Positions 30,819 through 41,330 of a DNA stretch of 64,000 nucleotides are shown here, in pieces (position 1 is the first letter of the stretch; every line of letters starts with the position of its first letter). Origin of the DNA: Lachnospiraceae bacterium UBA3762 (GTDB lineage Bacteria > Bacillota > Clostridia > Lachnospirales > Lachnospiraceae); NCBI GenBank assembly GCA_002371615.1, contig DFGA01000033.1, positions 14,184 through 78,183 on the forward strand, written 5' to 3'. The translations under genes and the position numbers were made by a program. The notes beneath the pieces were generated by a model. The model was given only the letters and a program-made list of their open reading frames with translations, ran no database searches and was not told the origin of the DNA.

Positions 30819-33473
30819 ATGAGTTTTGATGATAATACTAGGGAAAGTAACCTTTCCGGTAAGTTTATGATAGATATTGCACGGCTTCAGGAGCTACAGG
30901 ACGTTTATGCGCAGGTTGCGAACCTGTTTATTTTTTGTGTTGATGAAACAGGTAAGCGTGTTACGGAAATGTCCGGTAACCCCGAAGAGATAGCAAGGGT
31001 CGTAAAGCTCCTTGACGAGATGCAGATAAGGGCGGCAATCAACCGTGTGTTGTTCAATACCGTGGAAGAGCAGGTCATTGAGAACACCGAATACCGCAAC
31101 ATGAAGATCGCTACTGTCGGTGTCAGGATCGGCGGAACCCCCGCATTTGCATGGTTTATATGCGGAATAGGGCCTGATGAAGGCAATGAGAACGACATTA
31201 ACAATTTCGAAAGCACAATCCCACTATACAAATTTAATGCAGCAGTAGATCTGATACGTGAAGTCTCAAACCGTGTATACGGAGAGACGTATACCGCTGC
31301 GAATGCCGTCGCGGATGCGAAGCGTGCACTTTCCACAACCGAGGAAATGCAGAATGCGCTTAAGAGATCCGAGGCAATGACCGGGGTCGTATCACAGCTC
31401 GGATCGGATGACTCGTTTGAAGTAATAGCCAACAGGGTACTCGATTATACGGGCAGCTATGCGGATATTTCGCATGCATATGTCCTTCGCCCGAACAGGG
31501 ACGGGAACGGTATTGATGTGATCGGAAGTTACGTGGCGAGCGGTGAATCGCCTCTTGATCCTGTTATAGATATAATGTCACAATCCTTCCTGGCCCAGAT
31601 CGGGGACCAGACCAGGATCATTTCATACAGAACGAGAATAGATGAGAAAAACCGTGACTGGCTTGATTCCATCGGAGTATCGGCGGCCGTTGCGATACCT
31701 ATCGCGATAAACGGCAAGACAGCTATGTATGCTTTCTATGTTGATAACAAGATTAACCGCGAATGGGGAATTGATGAGGTCAAGTTTTTCGGGGATGCTA
31801 CGAAAGTCATACAGTCGAGTGCCACTAACCGTATCCAGCGTAATTCCATCACAAGTTCATACAAGTCCCTTGAGACGATACTGGATAATGTCGGATCAGC
31901 TATATATGTTCGTGATGTTAACAGCTCAAATATTGTATACGTTAACAGAATGTGCAAGAACACGTTCGAGAATGAGATCAAAAGCGGTGCGATAGTAGGA
32001 CTGTTTGAAGAGTCGAGCAGATACAACACGGCATCCAGCTATCGCGAGGTCAATTACAAAGAGCGTAACCGCTGGTACGATGTTACATCGACAAACATGA
32101 CATGGGTTGACGGCCGAAGGGTCATTCTCTATGCGATAATAGATGTTACCGAGAAGAAACAGTACCAGAAGAAAATAGAGCAGCAGGCAAACAATGATTT
32201 CCTGACAGGGTTATACAACAGAATGTGCTGTGAAAGAGATCTGCTGCGTATCATTGATGAGGCTAAAGAGTGCGGCGGTAAGGGCGCAGTCATTTACCTT
32301 GATCTGGATGATTTTAAACATATTAATGACGGTTTGGGCCACCAGTACGGCGATGTTCTGTTAAAGGCCATATCAAGCAGTCTTACAAGGATAAACGGTG
32401 TAGAGAATACATGCTACCGTATGGGAGGTGACGAGTTCGTCATTCTTGTTCCGCATACGAGTTATGACAGATTCGAACAGATAATAGAGAGCATCAGGGT
32501 AGTATTCAACAAGCCATGGTTCCTTAAAGGTGCCGATTATTACTGTACATCGAGTATCGGTGTTGTTACATTCCCCGATGAGGGTGAGACCGTGCAGGAT
32601 CTTATCCGTAAGGCGGATATTGCGATGTATACCGCCAAAAAGTCCGGCAAGAACAAACTAGCTCACTATACCGACTCTTCCGATGCAGAGGCTTACAAGC
32701 GCCTTGACATGGAAAAGAGTATGAGGGCGGCAACCGCAACGGACTACGACCAGTTCGAGGTATATTACCAGCCCATCGTGGATATAACAAAACCCGGGAA
32801 TCCCTGTACAGGCGCCGAAGCGCTCATCAGATGGAATTCTACGGAGCTCGGGTTTATCTCGCCTGCGGACTTCATCCCGCTTGCCGAGTATCTGGGGCTT
32901 ATCAATCCGATCGGTCATCACGTACTCCGGAAAGCTTGTGAAGCGGTTAAGTACTGGAATGAGAACGGTCATCCTTACTACAAGGTTAATGTAAACCTTT
33001 CCGTTGTACAGCTTATGCAGAATGATATAGTTGAAACGATAGCTAAGACAATAGAGGAGGTCGGAGTCAATCCGAGAAATCTGACACTTGAAGTTACGGA
33101 ATCGCTTGCGATCAACGATATGGAACGTATGAAGAAGATCCTCGGAAATATCAAGAAATTGGGGATACGTATAGCACTTGATGATTTCGGAACAGGCTAC
33201 TCGTCGCTCAACCATATCCGTGAGATTCCGCTTGATGTTATCAAGGTCGATCAGTCATTTGTCAAGGATCTTGCCACAGATCAGTATGCCCAGTCGTTTG
33301 TCAAGATGATAGGCGAGCTTGCGGAGGCTCTCGGTGTACGTGTTTGTGTTGAGGGAATAGAGACAATTGAGCAGTTCAAGGCGCTTGAGAACATGAATGT
33401 CAGGATGGTTCAGGGATTCTACTTTGACAAGCCGATGCCAAGAGATGCGTTTGAAGCTAAGTATTTAATGTAG
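30819..33473 (+). CDS. Multidomain c-di-GMP signalling protein (N-terminal sensor regions, GGDEF, EAL)
   Basis: DFLTGLYNR...YRMGGDEFVIL marks the GGDEF domain. EALIRW...LEVTES...DDFGTGYSS...KVD...QGFYF marks the EAL domain. About 450 aa of sensor domains lie upstream. Confidence 0.9.
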   Translation: MSFDDNTRESNLSGKFMIDIARLQELQDVYAQVANLFIFCVDETGKRVTEMSGNPEEIARVVKLLDEMQIRAAINRVLFNTVEEQVIENTEYRNMKIATVGVRIGGTPAFAWFICGIGPDEGNENDINNFESTIPLYKFNAAVDLIREVSNRVYGETYTAANAVADAKRALSTTEEMQNALKRSEAMTGVVSQLGSDDSFEVIANRVLDYTGSYADISHAYVLRPNRDGNGIDVIGSYVASGESPLDPVIDIMSQSFLAQIGDQTRIISYRTRIDEKNRDWLDSIGVSAAVAIPIAINGKTAMYAFYVDNKINREWGIDEVKFFGDATKVIQSSATNRIQRNSITSSYKSLETILDNVGSAIYVRDVNSSNIVYVNRMCKNTFENEIKSGAIVGLFEESSRYNTASSYREVNYKERNRWYDVTSTNMTWVDGRRVILYAIIDVTEKKQYQKKIEQQANNDFLTGLYNRMCCERDLLRIIDEAKECGGKGAVIYLDLDDFKHINDGLGHQYGDVLLKAISSSLTRINGVENTCYRMGGDEFVILVPHTSYDRFEQIIESIRVVFNKPWFLKGADYYCTSSIGVVTFPDEGETVQDLIRKADIAMYTAKKSGKNKLAHYTDSSDAEAYKRLDMEKSMRAATATDYDQFEVYYQPIVDITKPGNPCTGAEALIRWNSTELGFISPADFIPLAEYLGLINPIGHHVLRKACEAVKYWNENGHPYYKVNVNLSVVQLMQNDIVETIAKTIEEVGVNPRNLTLEVTESLAINDMERMKKILGNIKKLGIRIALDDFGTGYSSLNHIREIPLDVIKVDQSFVKDLATDQYAQSFVKMIGELAEALGVRVCVEGIETIEQFKALENMNVRMVQGFYFDKPMPRDAFEAKYLM

Positions 33474-33502
33474 TGGCTTTCAATAATAGAAGGGAGCATA
33501 TT

Positions 33503-34216
33503 ATGCAAAAGATCAACTTGTACAGGGAACTTGATGCAAATTCATATCCCGGAAGGGGTATTGTGATAGGCCGTTCTGCTGACGGTAAGTACGCAGTAAC
33601 GGCGTATTTTATTATGGGAAGAAGCACAAACTCGAGAAACAGGGTGTTCGTTGAGGATGGAGACGGTATCAGGACAAAAGCCTTCGATGAGAGCAAGCTT
33701 GAGGATCCTTCGCTGATCATATACGCTCCCGTAAGAGTACTGAACAATACTACGATCGTGACAAACGGTGACCAGACAGATACGATCTATGACGGATTAA
33801 ATGAGGGAAAATCATTCGAGGAGTCTTTACGGAGCCGGGAATTTGAGCCGGATGCTCCCAACTATACACCTCGCATTTCCGGCATCATGGAGATCGAGAA
33901 AGGTAAGTATACATATGCTCTTTCAATCTTAAAGAGTGATAACGGAAACCCCGAACAATGCCTGAGATACACATATTCATATGATAATCCGCTTGCCGGA
34001 GAAGGGCATTTCATTCATACATACATGAAGGACGGCAATCCGCTTCCGTCATTTGAGGGAGAGCCCAAATTCGTTGCTATGGAAGGCGATATAGATACCT
34101 TTACAAAGAAGGTTTGGGAGAGTCTCAATCTTGACAACAAGGTGTCACTATTTGTCAGATATATTGACATTGCGACGGGAGAGGTCAAGACAAGGATTTG
34201 CAATAAGTATTCATAA
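33503..34216 (+). CDS. IMP cyclohydrolase, PurO-like (stand-alone)
   Basis: YPGRGIVIGRSADGKYAVTAYFIMGRSTNSRNRVF resembles archaeal-type PurO. It sits directly upstream of an AICARFT-only PurH. The ATG at 33503 follows AGGGAG. Confidence 0.7.
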   Translation: MQKINLYRELDANSYPGRGIVIGRSADGKYAVTAYFIMGRSTNSRNRVFVEDGDGIRTKAFDESKLEDPSLIIYAPVRVLNNTTIVTNGDQTDTIYDGLNEGKSFEESLRSREFEPDAPNYTPRISGIMEIEKGKYTYALSILKSDNGNPEQCLRYTYSYDNPLAGEGHFIHTYMKDGNPLPSFEGEPKFVAMEGDIDTFTKKVWESLNLDNKVSLFVRYIDIATGEVKTRICNKYS

Positions 34217-34280
34217 GGATACTGGGTCAAAAATGTGTCAAAAAGAACCGTCCCTTTTGACAAGAAAAAAGGAGATTATT

Positions 34281-35459
34281 ATGAAAGAACTGGAGCTCAA
34301 ATACGGCTGTAATCCCAATCAGAAGCCATCAAAAATATACAGAGCCGACGGTGGAGAACTTCCGATAACCGTGCTGAACGGCCGTCCCGGATATATCAAT
34401 CTTCTGGATGCTTTTAACGGCTGGCAGCTTGTGAGGGAGCTTAAGGCTGCAACGGGATATCCTGCCGCAACTTCATTTAAGCATGTAAGCCCTGCGGGAG
34501 CGGCAATCGGTAAGCCTCTTTCGGACACGTTGAAGAAGATATACTTTGTTGATGATCTCGGTGAACTCTCGCCGCTTGCATGCGCATATGCAAGAGCAAG
34601 GGGTGCTGACAGAATGTCTTCATTCGGCGATTTTGTGGCATTATCCGATGTATGCGATGTGCCTACTGCCCGGATACTGAAAAGGGAAGTATCCGACGGT
34701 ATAATAGCTCCGGGATACGAGCCGGAGGCACTTGAAATACTCTCCGCCAAGAAGAAAGGGAACTATGCCGTAATACAGATAGATCCCGAATACAGACCTG
34801 CACCCATCGAGCACAAAGAGGTGTTTGGTATAACTTTCGAGCAGGGAAGGAACGAGATCGAAATAAACGAATCACTGCTTGAAAACATCGTTACCAGGAA
34901 CAGGAACCTGCCGGATGAGGCCAAACATGATCTTCTGATATCGCTTATTACGCTTAAGTATACACAGTCCAATTCGGTCTGCTATGTCAAGGACGGTCAG
35001 GCAATAGGCATTGGCGCGGGACAGCAGTCAAGAGTTCACTGCACACGTCTTGCCGGACAAAAGGCTGACAATTGGCTTCTGCGCCAGAGCCCGAAGGTTA
35101 TGGATCTTCAGTTCGCCGAAGGTATTGGTCGTGCGGATCGTGATAATGCGATAGACAATTATATAGGCGATACATATATGGATGTTATCGGGGATAATGT
35201 ATGGCAGAAGTATTTTGCGGTACGGCCGGAAAGTTATACAGCTGAAGAGAAGAGAAAATGGCTGGATCAGATGAGCGGAGTGTCTCTTGGGTCCGATGCA
35301 TTCTTCCCGTTCCGTGACAACATAGACAGGGGTGCGAAGAGCGGGGTGTCATATATCGTGCAGCCGGGGGGATCGGTCAGAGATGATCTTGTTATTGAGG
35401 CCTGCGATGAGTATGGTATTGTAATGGTTTGTAACGGAGTAAGGCTGTTCCACCACTAA
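34281..35459 (+). CDS. purH: AICAR formyltransferase (PurH C-terminal domain only)
   Basis: LKYGCNPNQ...FKHVSPAGAA...GAGQQSRVHC...SDAFFPFRD...QPGGS. The ATG at 34281 follows AAGGAG. Confidence 0.85.
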   Translation: MKELELKYGCNPNQKPSKIYRADGGELPITVLNGRPGYINLLDAFNGWQLVRELKAATGYPAATSFKHVSPAGAAIGKPLSDTLKKIYFVDDLGELSPLACAYARARGADRMSSFGDFVALSDVCDVPTARILKREVSDGIIAPGYEPEALEILSAKKKGNYAVIQIDPEYRPAPIEHKEVFGITFEQGRNEIEINESLLENIVTRNRNLPDEAKHDLLISLITLKYTQSNSVCYVKDGQAIGIGAGQQSRVHCTRLAGQKADNWLLRQSPKVMDLQFAEGIGRADRDNAIDNYIGDTYMDVIGDNVWQKYFAVRPESYTAEEKRKWLDQMSGVSLGSDAFFPFRDNIDRGAKSGVSYIVQPGGSVRDDLVIEACDEYGIVMVCNGVRLFHH

Positions 35460-35489
35460 GGCGAGACTTTTGGAAACAGGGATAGTCGG

Positions 35490-37298
35490 ATGCGTAAACA
35501 GATTAAGATTCTTTTGATAGTTTTGAACATTATTTTCATATCTATGATCGGATTAATCAGAACCGCTGACAAGTCGGATTCTGTTGTATTCTCTATGGTC
35601 CCGGCATTGATCTGCGTTATTGTTCTTTTGTTCGGAAAATACAAGCTGTTTGAGGACAGGAGTAATATAAAATGGGACATCCTGCTTACCGTGATGTTTA
35701 TACTGATGCTTTCGCTTGAAGATGTATTGAAGACTATGCGTTCCATGGGCGCGGAACCATTCAATACGGTTTTTAAAATAGTGTACTTTCCGGTGTTGAT
35801 AATCGCATTGATCATTGATACAGATTACGCATTATTGGCAGCTGCCCATGCAGGAGCCTTGAGTCAGACCGTGAAGGATAAAACGGATGGAAGGGATTAT
35901 TTGGGGGACAAAAAGTTTCTGGGGATTTACTATCCTGTATGGTTATATATAGGTCTGACTTTTGTGTTTGTAATAGCATATTTTCCGGGACTTATGAACA
36001 GTGATTTTGAGAAACAGTGGATATGGGGTGAGGGACCGACTGTATGGAGTGATTGGCACACGGTAGGTTTTTTGATGTTTGTAAAACTGTGTACAGCGGT
36101 CATACATAAACCGTTTATGATCACAATTGTTCAGGTTTTGATGTATTATCTGACAGCAAATTATGCCGTTAGCGTATTGAACAGGAATTTTCCGGAGCGG
36201 CGCAGGGTCGGATGGATATTCATATGTGTGTATATGTTGTTTGGAATATACAGTTGTATGTATATGTCGGAGGTAAGAAAAGATAACTGCAGCACCCCGA
36301 TGATGCTTGCGTTTGCCGTAGCCCTGCTCGATCACTCCATGAGAAGCGAACACACAAAAAAGGAATATATTAATTTGGGCGTGTTTGCGTTTCTTGCATC
36401 ATTGTTCAGACATTCACTTTGGGAAATAGTATTGATAACACTGATGCTTACCATTGTCTGCGAAGCACTGGATCGCAGTACTGATAAAGATACAAAAAAG
36501 AAGACTGTTAGAAATCTGTGCGTAGTAGTGGCTACAACGATTGGAGCTTTTTTGATAGTGACGGAAGGGATCGGATTTGGGATTCTGAAAGCAGAGAGAA
36601 ATCCGGCCTATGTAAAATACACGATTCCGATGAATCTTGCAGCCTCTCTGGCCTATAGGAGCCGGGAAACCGGTCTGTATATAGAAGACGATATTGTGAA
36701 TAAAATGGAACAGATTATCCCGATGGAAAAATGGGCAGAGTATTATTGCCCGTACGATGCCGACACAACCGACAGGCCATGGCACGAGATCGGAGATAAT
36801 GTATATAAGCTTAATGATCCGCAAGTTGCCCGTGACATTATTGATGTAGATATGTATTATTTAACACACTATCCCAAGCAGTTTGTTCTTTCTTTTTTTG
36901 ATGTTAATTCCATAGTCTGGGAAATGGCTGTTGCATCGGATCTTGTCATGTATAGTCCCGGTCTTGCGACCGAACATTATGAGATTCACCATATGAGAAA
37001 AGGAGAGTTTTTCTATTTTGCCGAGAGTTGCAAGAAATTTATGTCATCGTTTGCTGTAGCAAGAGCTGTTGTATACAGGGGTGGGATCTATCTGTTTTTA
37101 CTGGCAATGATTACAGTCATATTGATAAAAAAGCAAAGGTTCAAAGTGCTTGCCTCAATGATGCCTATATTGCTATACGCCCTTGCACTTATGATTTCAA
37201 TTCCTCAGGAAGGGTCGCATTATATTATGGCGTTCCCTTTGTTTGCTGCATTATTTGGTGTTACATCATTTATGGTAGCGAGTAGGGAATCTCTCTGA
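35490..37298 (+). CDS. Large polytopic membrane protein, first gene of the CotH/VTC/DUF4956 operon
   Basis: 602 aa with many TM segments. Family unassigned. Only 11 nt separate it from the first CotH gene. Confidence 0.5.
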   Translation: MRKQIKILLIVLNIIFISMIGLIRTADKSDSVVFSMVPALICVIVLLFGKYKLFEDRSNIKWDILLTVMFILMLSLEDVLKTMRSMGAEPFNTVFKIVYFPVLIIALIIDTDYALLAAAHAGALSQTVKDKTDGRDYLGDKKFLGIYYPVWLYIGLTFVFVIAYFPGLMNSDFEKQWIWGEGPTVWSDWHTVGFLMFVKLCTAVIHKPFMITIVQVLMYYLTANYAVSVLNRNFPERRRVGWIFICVYMLFGIYSCMYMSEVRKDNCSTPMMLAFAVALLDHSMRSEHTKKEYINLGVFAFLASLFRHSLWEIVLITLMLTIVCEALDRSTDKDTKKKTVRNLCVVVATTIGAFLIVTEGIGFGILKAERNPAYVKYTIPMNLAASLAYRSRETGLYIEDDIVNKMEQIIPMEKWAEYYCPYDADTTDRPWHEIGDNVYKLNDPQVARDIIDVDMYYLTHYPKQFVLSFFDVNSIVWEMAVASDLVMYSPGLATEHYEIHHMRKGEFFYFAESCKKFMSSFAVARAVVYRGGIYLFLLAMITVILIKKQRFKVLASMMPILLYALALMISIPQEGSHYIMAFPLFAALFGVTSFMVASRESL

Positions 37299-37309
37299 GA
37301 ATAATACCA

Positions 37310-39310
37310 ATGAAAGCGCCAACTATAGTCAGAAAATACTTTCACATCATTTATGGTCTGCTCTTTGCCATTATTGTCGGGTTAAGCGGACTGGCAATTG
37401 TCCGGCAACAAAGGTCATCTGTTTTGATCAATGAAGTGTGTACGTCCAACGTTTCATGTTGCGAGGATGCAGACGGCAAATATCCTGATTGGATTGAATT
37501 GTTTAATCCTACAGACGAAACAGTTGACCTGTCGGGATATGTAATCAACAAATCCGCAGATTTACAAAAAGATAAGTTTGTGATTCCGGATGGAACAGTG
37601 ATCGCACCGGGGGCTTTTTATCTCTTCAATCCGGGATTTGTCCTGTCCTCCGAAGGATGCGTGTTGAATTTGGTCGATAAGAGAGGACAGTATAAGGATC
37701 ATGTCAGTGTTCCGGCATTGAAACATGATACAACCTACTCAAGATTCGACGATGGGTCATATGTGTGGGAGGTAAAGGTTCCGACTCCCGGATATGAGAA
37801 TTCTGAAGGAGATACGTTAGGCCGGCTTATTGAAGGGGAGGTATTGGCTTCTGCTCAACCCGGCTTTTATGACAACGGTTTTGATCTGACGCTGAAACCA
37901 TCAAATTGGGGGAGACGGGTGTATTATACTGTAGACGGAAGTGATCCGGTTAAATATGGACTGCTGTACGATAAGCCTGTTCATATATATGACCGGTCTT
38001 CCGAGAAAAACGTATACTCAGTCATACCTGATGTTTCTCTTGATTATATCGAGGGAAATGCTACACCACCGCAGTATACACTTGACAAGTGTATGGTGGT
38101 AAGGGCGGTTTCGAAGGATCTTCTCGGAAGATATACGGATATTAATACATTCACGTATTTTATAGGTTTCGACCAAAAAACTGCGTATGATGATATCAAT
38201 GTTGTGTCAATATCTGCAGATCCTGATGACCTGTTTTCTTATGAGAACGGGATAATGGTATTGGGAAAGAATTATGATGAATATGACAAAGCAGGACAAC
38301 CGGAGGATTATGAAGGAGACAATTCCAATTTTACAGTGCGGGGGAGACGATCGGAAAGAGATATATGCCTGGAGATATATGATAGTGATCGTAACAGGGT
38401 CCTCTCGGGAAATGCCGGGATGAGGATCAAAGGATTGTCATCAAGGTGGGATGTTCAAAAGAGTTTTTCGGTGTTTTTCAGAAAGGCATATGGAAGTAAC
38501 TATAAAGAGAAATTCAGTTTAGATGGCATTGATTTTGACCTGCATTCATTTGCCCTGGACAAGTGCGGACAGGATACTTCGACTAAAATGGTTGATACGA
38601 TCATGTCGGATTGTATGAGCAAAACCGGATGTGCAACTGCAAAACGTGTGCCGTGCTGCCTGTTTTTGAACGGGGAGTATTGGGGCTTTTATTGGATATC
38701 GGAACGTTTTGATGCGTCATTTCTTGCTGACCGGTATGGTGTAAATGCTGATTGTGTTGAGTATATGGATTGGGATGATATAGATAATTGGGATCCGGAG
38801 TTCTTTGACAGGGACTCACTTATAGACTATTATGCATCGAATATTATAGTTGCCCACAGAGGCGACTGGCCACCATTTAATTTCCGGTTCTGGAGAACAG
38901 TAACCGAAGACGAAACGGAATTTGGTGATGGTAAATACAGACCGGTGATTTTTGACATGAATTCAAGTTCAATGATGACCCCGGATTATAATTCTTTTGA
39001 GGTACTTATGAGTGTTTATCCATTCCAAAACGTAGTAGAGGAAGATGAGCGGTTTGCGGCAGATCTTGTCTCAAGAATTGACTCAATGAGTAAGAACGAG
39101 TTTTCTCCGGATAAGGTGTTGCCCATGATCAATTTATTATATGACCGCATGAAAGAACAGATGATCCTCGACAGAATGAGGTATTCAAACTGCAGTTCAA
39201 AAGAAGCGGAAGAATCGTTTGAAGAGAGTGTTGAGATTATCAGGAATTTCTACAGATTCAGGGGAGATTATCTTGAAAAATACAAGGACAGTTTTCTGAA
39301 TGAACAGTAG
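37310..39310 (+). CDS. Membrane-anchored lamin-tail-domain (LTD) + CotH kinase-family protein (paralogue 1)
   Basis: N-terminal basic stretch plus a TM segment. LTD motif LINEVCTSN...YPDWIELFNPTDETVDLSGY. Long CotH-like region (YYTVDGSDP...FLNGEYWGFYW...). Confidence 0.8.
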   Translation: MKAPTIVRKYFHIIYGLLFAIIVGLSGLAIVRQQRSSVLINEVCTSNVSCCEDADGKYPDWIELFNPTDETVDLSGYVINKSADLQKDKFVIPDGTVIAPGAFYLFNPGFVLSSEGCVLNLVDKRGQYKDHVSVPALKHDTTYSRFDDGSYVWEVKVPTPGYENSEGDTLGRLIEGEVLASAQPGFYDNGFDLTLKPSNWGRRVYYTVDGSDPVKYGLLYDKPVHIYDRSSEKNVYSVIPDVSLDYIEGNATPPQYTLDKCMVVRAVSKDLLGRYTDINTFTYFIGFDQKTAYDDINVVSISADPDDLFSYENGIMVLGKNYDEYDKAGQPEDYEGDNSNFTVRGRRSERDICLEIYDSDRNRVLSGNAGMRIKGLSSRWDVQKSFSVFFRKAYGSNYKEKFSLDGIDFDLHSFALDKCGQDTSTKMVDTIMSDCMSKTGCATAKRVPCCLFLNGEYWGFYWISERFDASFLADRYGVNADCVEYMDWDDIDNWDPEFFDRDSLIDYYASNIIVAHRGDWPPFNFRFWRTVTEDETEFGDGKYRPVIFDMNSSSMMTPDYNSFEVLMSVYPFQNVVEEDERFAADLVSRIDSMSKNEFSPDKVLPMINLLYDRMKEQMILDRMRYSNCSSKEAEESFEESVEIIRNFYRFRGDYLEKYKDSFLNEQ

Positions 39311-41330
39311 GATGAGAAGGATTACACTATTTTTCAGAATACATGCATATACTGCTATGATCCTGATCTTTGTCGTAATTACGATAGGGGTGGGTATAGT
39401 TACAGTCAGAAATTCACAGGACAACGTTGTTATAAACGAGGTTTGTACTTCTAATGTCAGATGCTGTGAGGATGAAAACGGAAAATATCCGGACTGGATA
39501 GAAATATATAACCCGACATCACGGGATATTGACCTGTCCGGCTATATTATTAATGATTCGGCTGATTTGAAAAAGGAAAAATACATAGTGCCCCAGGGTA
39601 CAGTTCTGGCTGCGGGGTCATACTATTTGTTTGACCCTCTGTTTTCTTTATCATCTGAAGGGTGTACTGTTAATATACTTGATGACAGGGAACGTTATGT
39701 AGACAGGGTGAAAATACCGAGACTGAAGTACGATACAACATATGGAAGGCTGAAGGATGGTTCGGGTGAATGGGGAGTCAAAATGCCGACTCCCGGTTAT
39801 TCCAACACTGACGGAGAGGATATTATTCCGACTATAAGCGGTAGTGTGAATGCCTCTTACGACTCAGGATTCTACTCCGATGAAATCGAGTTGGCTTTGT
39901 ATTCTTCTGATTACGGAAGGGATATTTATTATACAACTGACGGAAGTGATCCTGTGCATAACGGTACTCTTTACGAAGACCCCATCCGCATATATGATCG
40001 TTCGGAGGAGAAAAATGTCTATTCCGCAATTCCGGAGGTGTCCCTCGATTATATTGAGAATAATGATCCGCTTCCTTCATTTCCGGTTGATAAGTGTACT
40101 GTTGTCAGGGCTGTTGCAAAGGATCACCTGGGAAGGTATACGGATGTTAGTACGCATACATATTTCATAGGTTTCGACGAAAAGAAAGCATATGATAATA
40201 TGGCAGTAGTATCTGTTGCTTCCGACCCGGAAGATCTGTTCTCGGATGGAAACGGAATAATGGTACTCGGGGACAAGTATGCCCGGTATATTGAGGAAGG
40301 GAAGCCAGAGGAGTATGAGGCTGCAAAGGCTAATTTCGCATCAAAAGGGCGGCAGTCTGAAAGAGAGACTTATGTCCAAATATTTGATGAAAAGCATGTC
40401 CCCGTTCTCGCTTCTTCTGCCGGGATAAGAATAAAAGGCAAAACTTCAAGGTGGGACGTTCAAAAGAGTTTTAGCGTTATTTTTAGAAGAGCCTACAGCG
40501 GTTATTCAAAGAATCATTTTACGCTGGACGGATTGGATTTTGATATTCATTCATTTAATTTGGAAAAATGTGGGCAGGACGCAAAAACCAAGATGAAGGA
40601 TGCGATCATGGAAACCTGTATGCGAGATACGGAATGCGTTACCATGAAGATGGTACCATGTTGTATTTTTTTAGACGGAGAATACTTTGGGTTTTACTGG
40701 TTAACAGAACGGTTGGATAACAGTTTTATAGCTTCGGAATACGGAGTTGGTAAGGATAATGTTATAATTACAAGCGTATTTGATATCGAGAATGGCGTTG
40801 AATGGTGGAGTGACAAACTGGCGGACAGAAAGAGCATGATAGATTATTATGCGGGGAATATAATTGTATCGCATGAAAATGACTGGCCCGGAGCAAATTA
40901 CAAGGTATGGCGCACAATAGAGGATGATGGAACAAAATATGGTAATGCAAAATGGCGACCTATGATTTTTGATATGAATTCATCGTCGCTGAAGACTCCT
41001 GACTTTGATTCGTTTGAATATCTTATGGGATTCTATCCGTTTATGGATATGTCCTTGAGTGAAGATAATATGTTCAAAGAAGAACTTGTTGAGCGGATAG
41101 ATGAGATGGTTCAAAATGAATTTTCTCAGGACAGGGTTTTATCGCTTACAGACCAGTTTCACGACCGGATAAAAGATCAGATGATCCTTGACAGGATGAG
41201 GTATTCGGACTGTAGTGCGGAGGAAGCAGAGGAATACTTTGAAGAAGGGGTATCCTCTATAAGAAAGTTTTTCCGGGACAGGTACGACTATTTGAAGATA
41301 TATGAGGGTAAGTATTTAGATGGAAAATGA
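39300..41330 (+). CDS. Membrane-anchored LTD + CotH kinase-family protein (paralogue 2)
   Basis: Collinear with 37310..39310 (VINEVCTSNVRCCEDENGKYPDWIEIYNPTSRDIDLSGY...FLDGEYFGFYW). Overlaps the upstream gene by 11 nt. Confidence 0.8.
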   Translation: MNSRMRRITLFFRIHAYTAMILIFVVITIGVGIVTVRNSQDNVVINEVCTSNVRCCEDENGKYPDWIEIYNPTSRDIDLSGYIINDSADLKKEKYIVPQGTVLAAGSYYLFDPLFSLSSEGCTVNILDDRERYVDRVKIPRLKYDTTYGRLKDGSGEWGVKMPTPGYSNTDGEDIIPTISGSVNASYDSGFYSDEIELALYSSDYGRDIYYTTDGSDPVHNGTLYEDPIRIYDRSEEKNVYSAIPEVSLDYIENNDPLPSFPVDKCTVVRAVAKDHLGRYTDVSTHTYFIGFDEKKAYDNMAVVSVASDPEDLFSDGNGIMVLGDKYARYIEEGKPEEYEAAKANFASKGRQSERETYVQIFDEKHVPVLASSAGIRIKGKTSRWDVQKSFSVIFRRAYSGYSKNHFTLDGLDFDIHSFNLEKCGQDAKTKMKDAIMETCMRDTECVTMKMVPCCIFLDGEYFGFYWLTERLDNSFIASEYGVGKDNVIITSVFDIENGVEWWSDKLADRKSMIDYYAGNIIVSHENDWPGANYKVWRTIEDDGTKYGNAKWRPMIFDMNSSSLKTPDFDSFEYLMGFYPFMDMSLSEDNMFKEELVERIDEMVQNEFSQDRVLSLTDQFHDRIKDQMILDRMRYSDCSAEEAEEYFEEGVSSIRKFFRDRYDYLKIYEGKYLDGK

